From Chiloscyllium plagiosum (taxonomy: Eukaryota), in assembly GCF_004010195.1 (NCBI RefSeq), contig NC_057719.1:67772783-67792782 (forward strand): DNA of 20,000 bases, in the 5' to 3' direction. How positions within the stretch are numbered: position 1 is the first letter of the stretch; each line of letters starts with the position of its first letter. The notes beneath the pieces were generated by a model, which was not told the DNA's origin, ran no database searches, and was given only the letters and a program-made list of their open reading frames with translations. The position numbers and the translations under genes are program-made. Below, piece after piece: positions 18,531 to 20,000 of this stretch.

Positions 18531-20000
18531 GTATTAGATTTTTTTTTGAGTGGGAGCAGCAGCGGAGGTAAGGCAAACCAGGAAGGCTACAGCTAAAGTA
18601 AGGGAGATTTTTTAAAATTACTTACCGGCAGTGGCCAGAGGTGTTTTCCCTCCACAGAAGGAGCGGGAGCAGCTGTGGAAGAGATGTGGACCAGAAGGGC
18701 TGCCAGGAAGGAAAGTAAGTGATCATATATATTAGCAAGGCAGCTAAACCCGAGGCACTACAAGTGTAGTATCTCCCACCGGCCCTTCTCCTCTAACCAA
18801 GTTAATAAGGTACGATTCATTTCTAAACTTCCTTTATTGAATATAAGTTTATTCCTTGATTTTATAGCAATTGAATTAAGCTTTCTTGTTTAGTATTGTG
18901 TGGGCATTCAGATAAATGGGGTATGGATGCTTGGGCAGTTGCTTGCTCCTCTTGCAGAATGTGGCAGGTGAGGGACATGACACATGTCTCCGATGGCTAC
19001 ATCTGCGGGAAGTGCACCCAACTCCAGCTCCTTGAAAACCGTGTTAGGGAATTGGGGCTGGAGCTGGATGAACTGCAGATCATTCAGGAGGCTGAGGGGG
19101 TAATTGAGAGGAGTTACCGGCAGTTGGTCACTCCTGAGGTTCAGGATAAGGATAGATGTGTTACAGTCAGGGGGAGGAAAGGGGACAGACAGACAGTGCA
19201 GGGTTCCCCCATGGACTTTCCCCTCAGCAATAAGTATACCGTTTTGGATACTTCTGGGGGGGATGACCTACCAGAGGAAAGCCACAGTTCTCTGGCACTG
19301 AGTCTGACACTGTGGCCCAGAAGGGAAGGGGGCAGAACAGAAAAGCGCTAGTGGTAGGAGACTCAATTGTTAGGAAAATTGACAGGAGATTTTGTGGTCA
19401 GGATCGGGATTCCCAGGAGGTTTGTTGACTCCCTGGTGCCAGGGTCCGGGACGTCTCCGATCGGATGTGTAAGATTCTGAAAGGGGAGGGCGAACAGCCA
19501 GAAATCGTGTTACATATTGGCACCAATGATATAGCCAGGAAAAGGATTGAGGATATAAAAAGTGATTTCAGGGAGTTAGGGTGGAAGCTGCAGAGCAGGA
19601 TGAACAGAGTAGAATTCTCGGGTTTACTACCGGTGCCACGAGATAGAGAGGCGAGGAACAGGGAGCGGGTGCAGCTTAACATGTGGCTGTGCAGCTAGTG
19701 GAGGAGGGAGGGCTTCAGATATGTAGATAATTGGGATGCCTTCTGGGGAAGGTGAAACCTGTACATGAAGGATGGGTTGCACCTGAACTGGAAAGAGACC
19801 AATGTCCTGGGATGGAAGGTTTGCTCGAGTTGTTCAGGAGGGTTTAAACTAATACGGCAGGTGGGTGGGAACCTGAGCTATATACCGGAGGTGAGAGTTG
19901 ATGGAGATGAGGCAATAGCAAGAGGTAGCGCAGCCAGTAGGAAGGAATTTCCTGGGAAAGAACCAAGGGATCGGTTAAAGTATGTTTGCTTTAATGCAAG
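18531..20000 (+). mobile_element. CR1 LINE 5' end (5' UTR, ORF1, start of ORF2); continues beyond the window
   Basis: About 390 bp of 5' UTR, then ORF1 motifs, then LKYVCFNA at 19975-20000, which resembles the first motif of the APE endonuclease. Confidence 0.92.
18923..19852 (+). pseudogene. CR1 ORF1 (zinc finger/leucine zipper plus SGNH esterase), disrupted
   Basis: CSSC..CGKC followed by heptads LLENRVRELGLELDEL, then esterase blocks VVGDS (19351-19365), LPGA, LHIGTNDI and DGLHLN. Several stops and frameshifts are present. Confidence 0.92.

Overview
Eukaryotic, repeat-dense DNA, most likely from a cartilaginous fish (shark/ray) judging by an HE1/V-SINE-type SINE and CR1/HER1-like LINEs; this assignment is from recalled repeat sequences, not a search. 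No intact host protein-coding gene is recognisable. The window contains several CR1 LINE fragments, tRNA-derived SINEs, a Penelope-like element with 63-bp inverted arms and a minimal hammerhead motif, a Tigger/pogo-type MITE, a decayed Ty3/Gypsy pol, and the 5' half of a decayed class I (gamma/epsilon-like) endogenous retrovirus. The ERV shows an LTR, a tRNA-Pro PBS, gag, protease and the start of RT, where it is cut by a CR1 LINE retaining its 5' end. Two items stand out. (1) A 2H phosphoesterase-like domain (HCT...HVS) sits between the ERV protease and RT and is a candidate virus-encoded cyclic/2'-5' nucleotide-processing enzyme. (2) A tRNA-Pro(TGG) gene with a canonical-position 15-nt intron lies with a Penelope-like tail inside a ~200-bp cassette bounded by a 14-bp direct repeat, suggesting a mobilised, unspliced tRNA gene.
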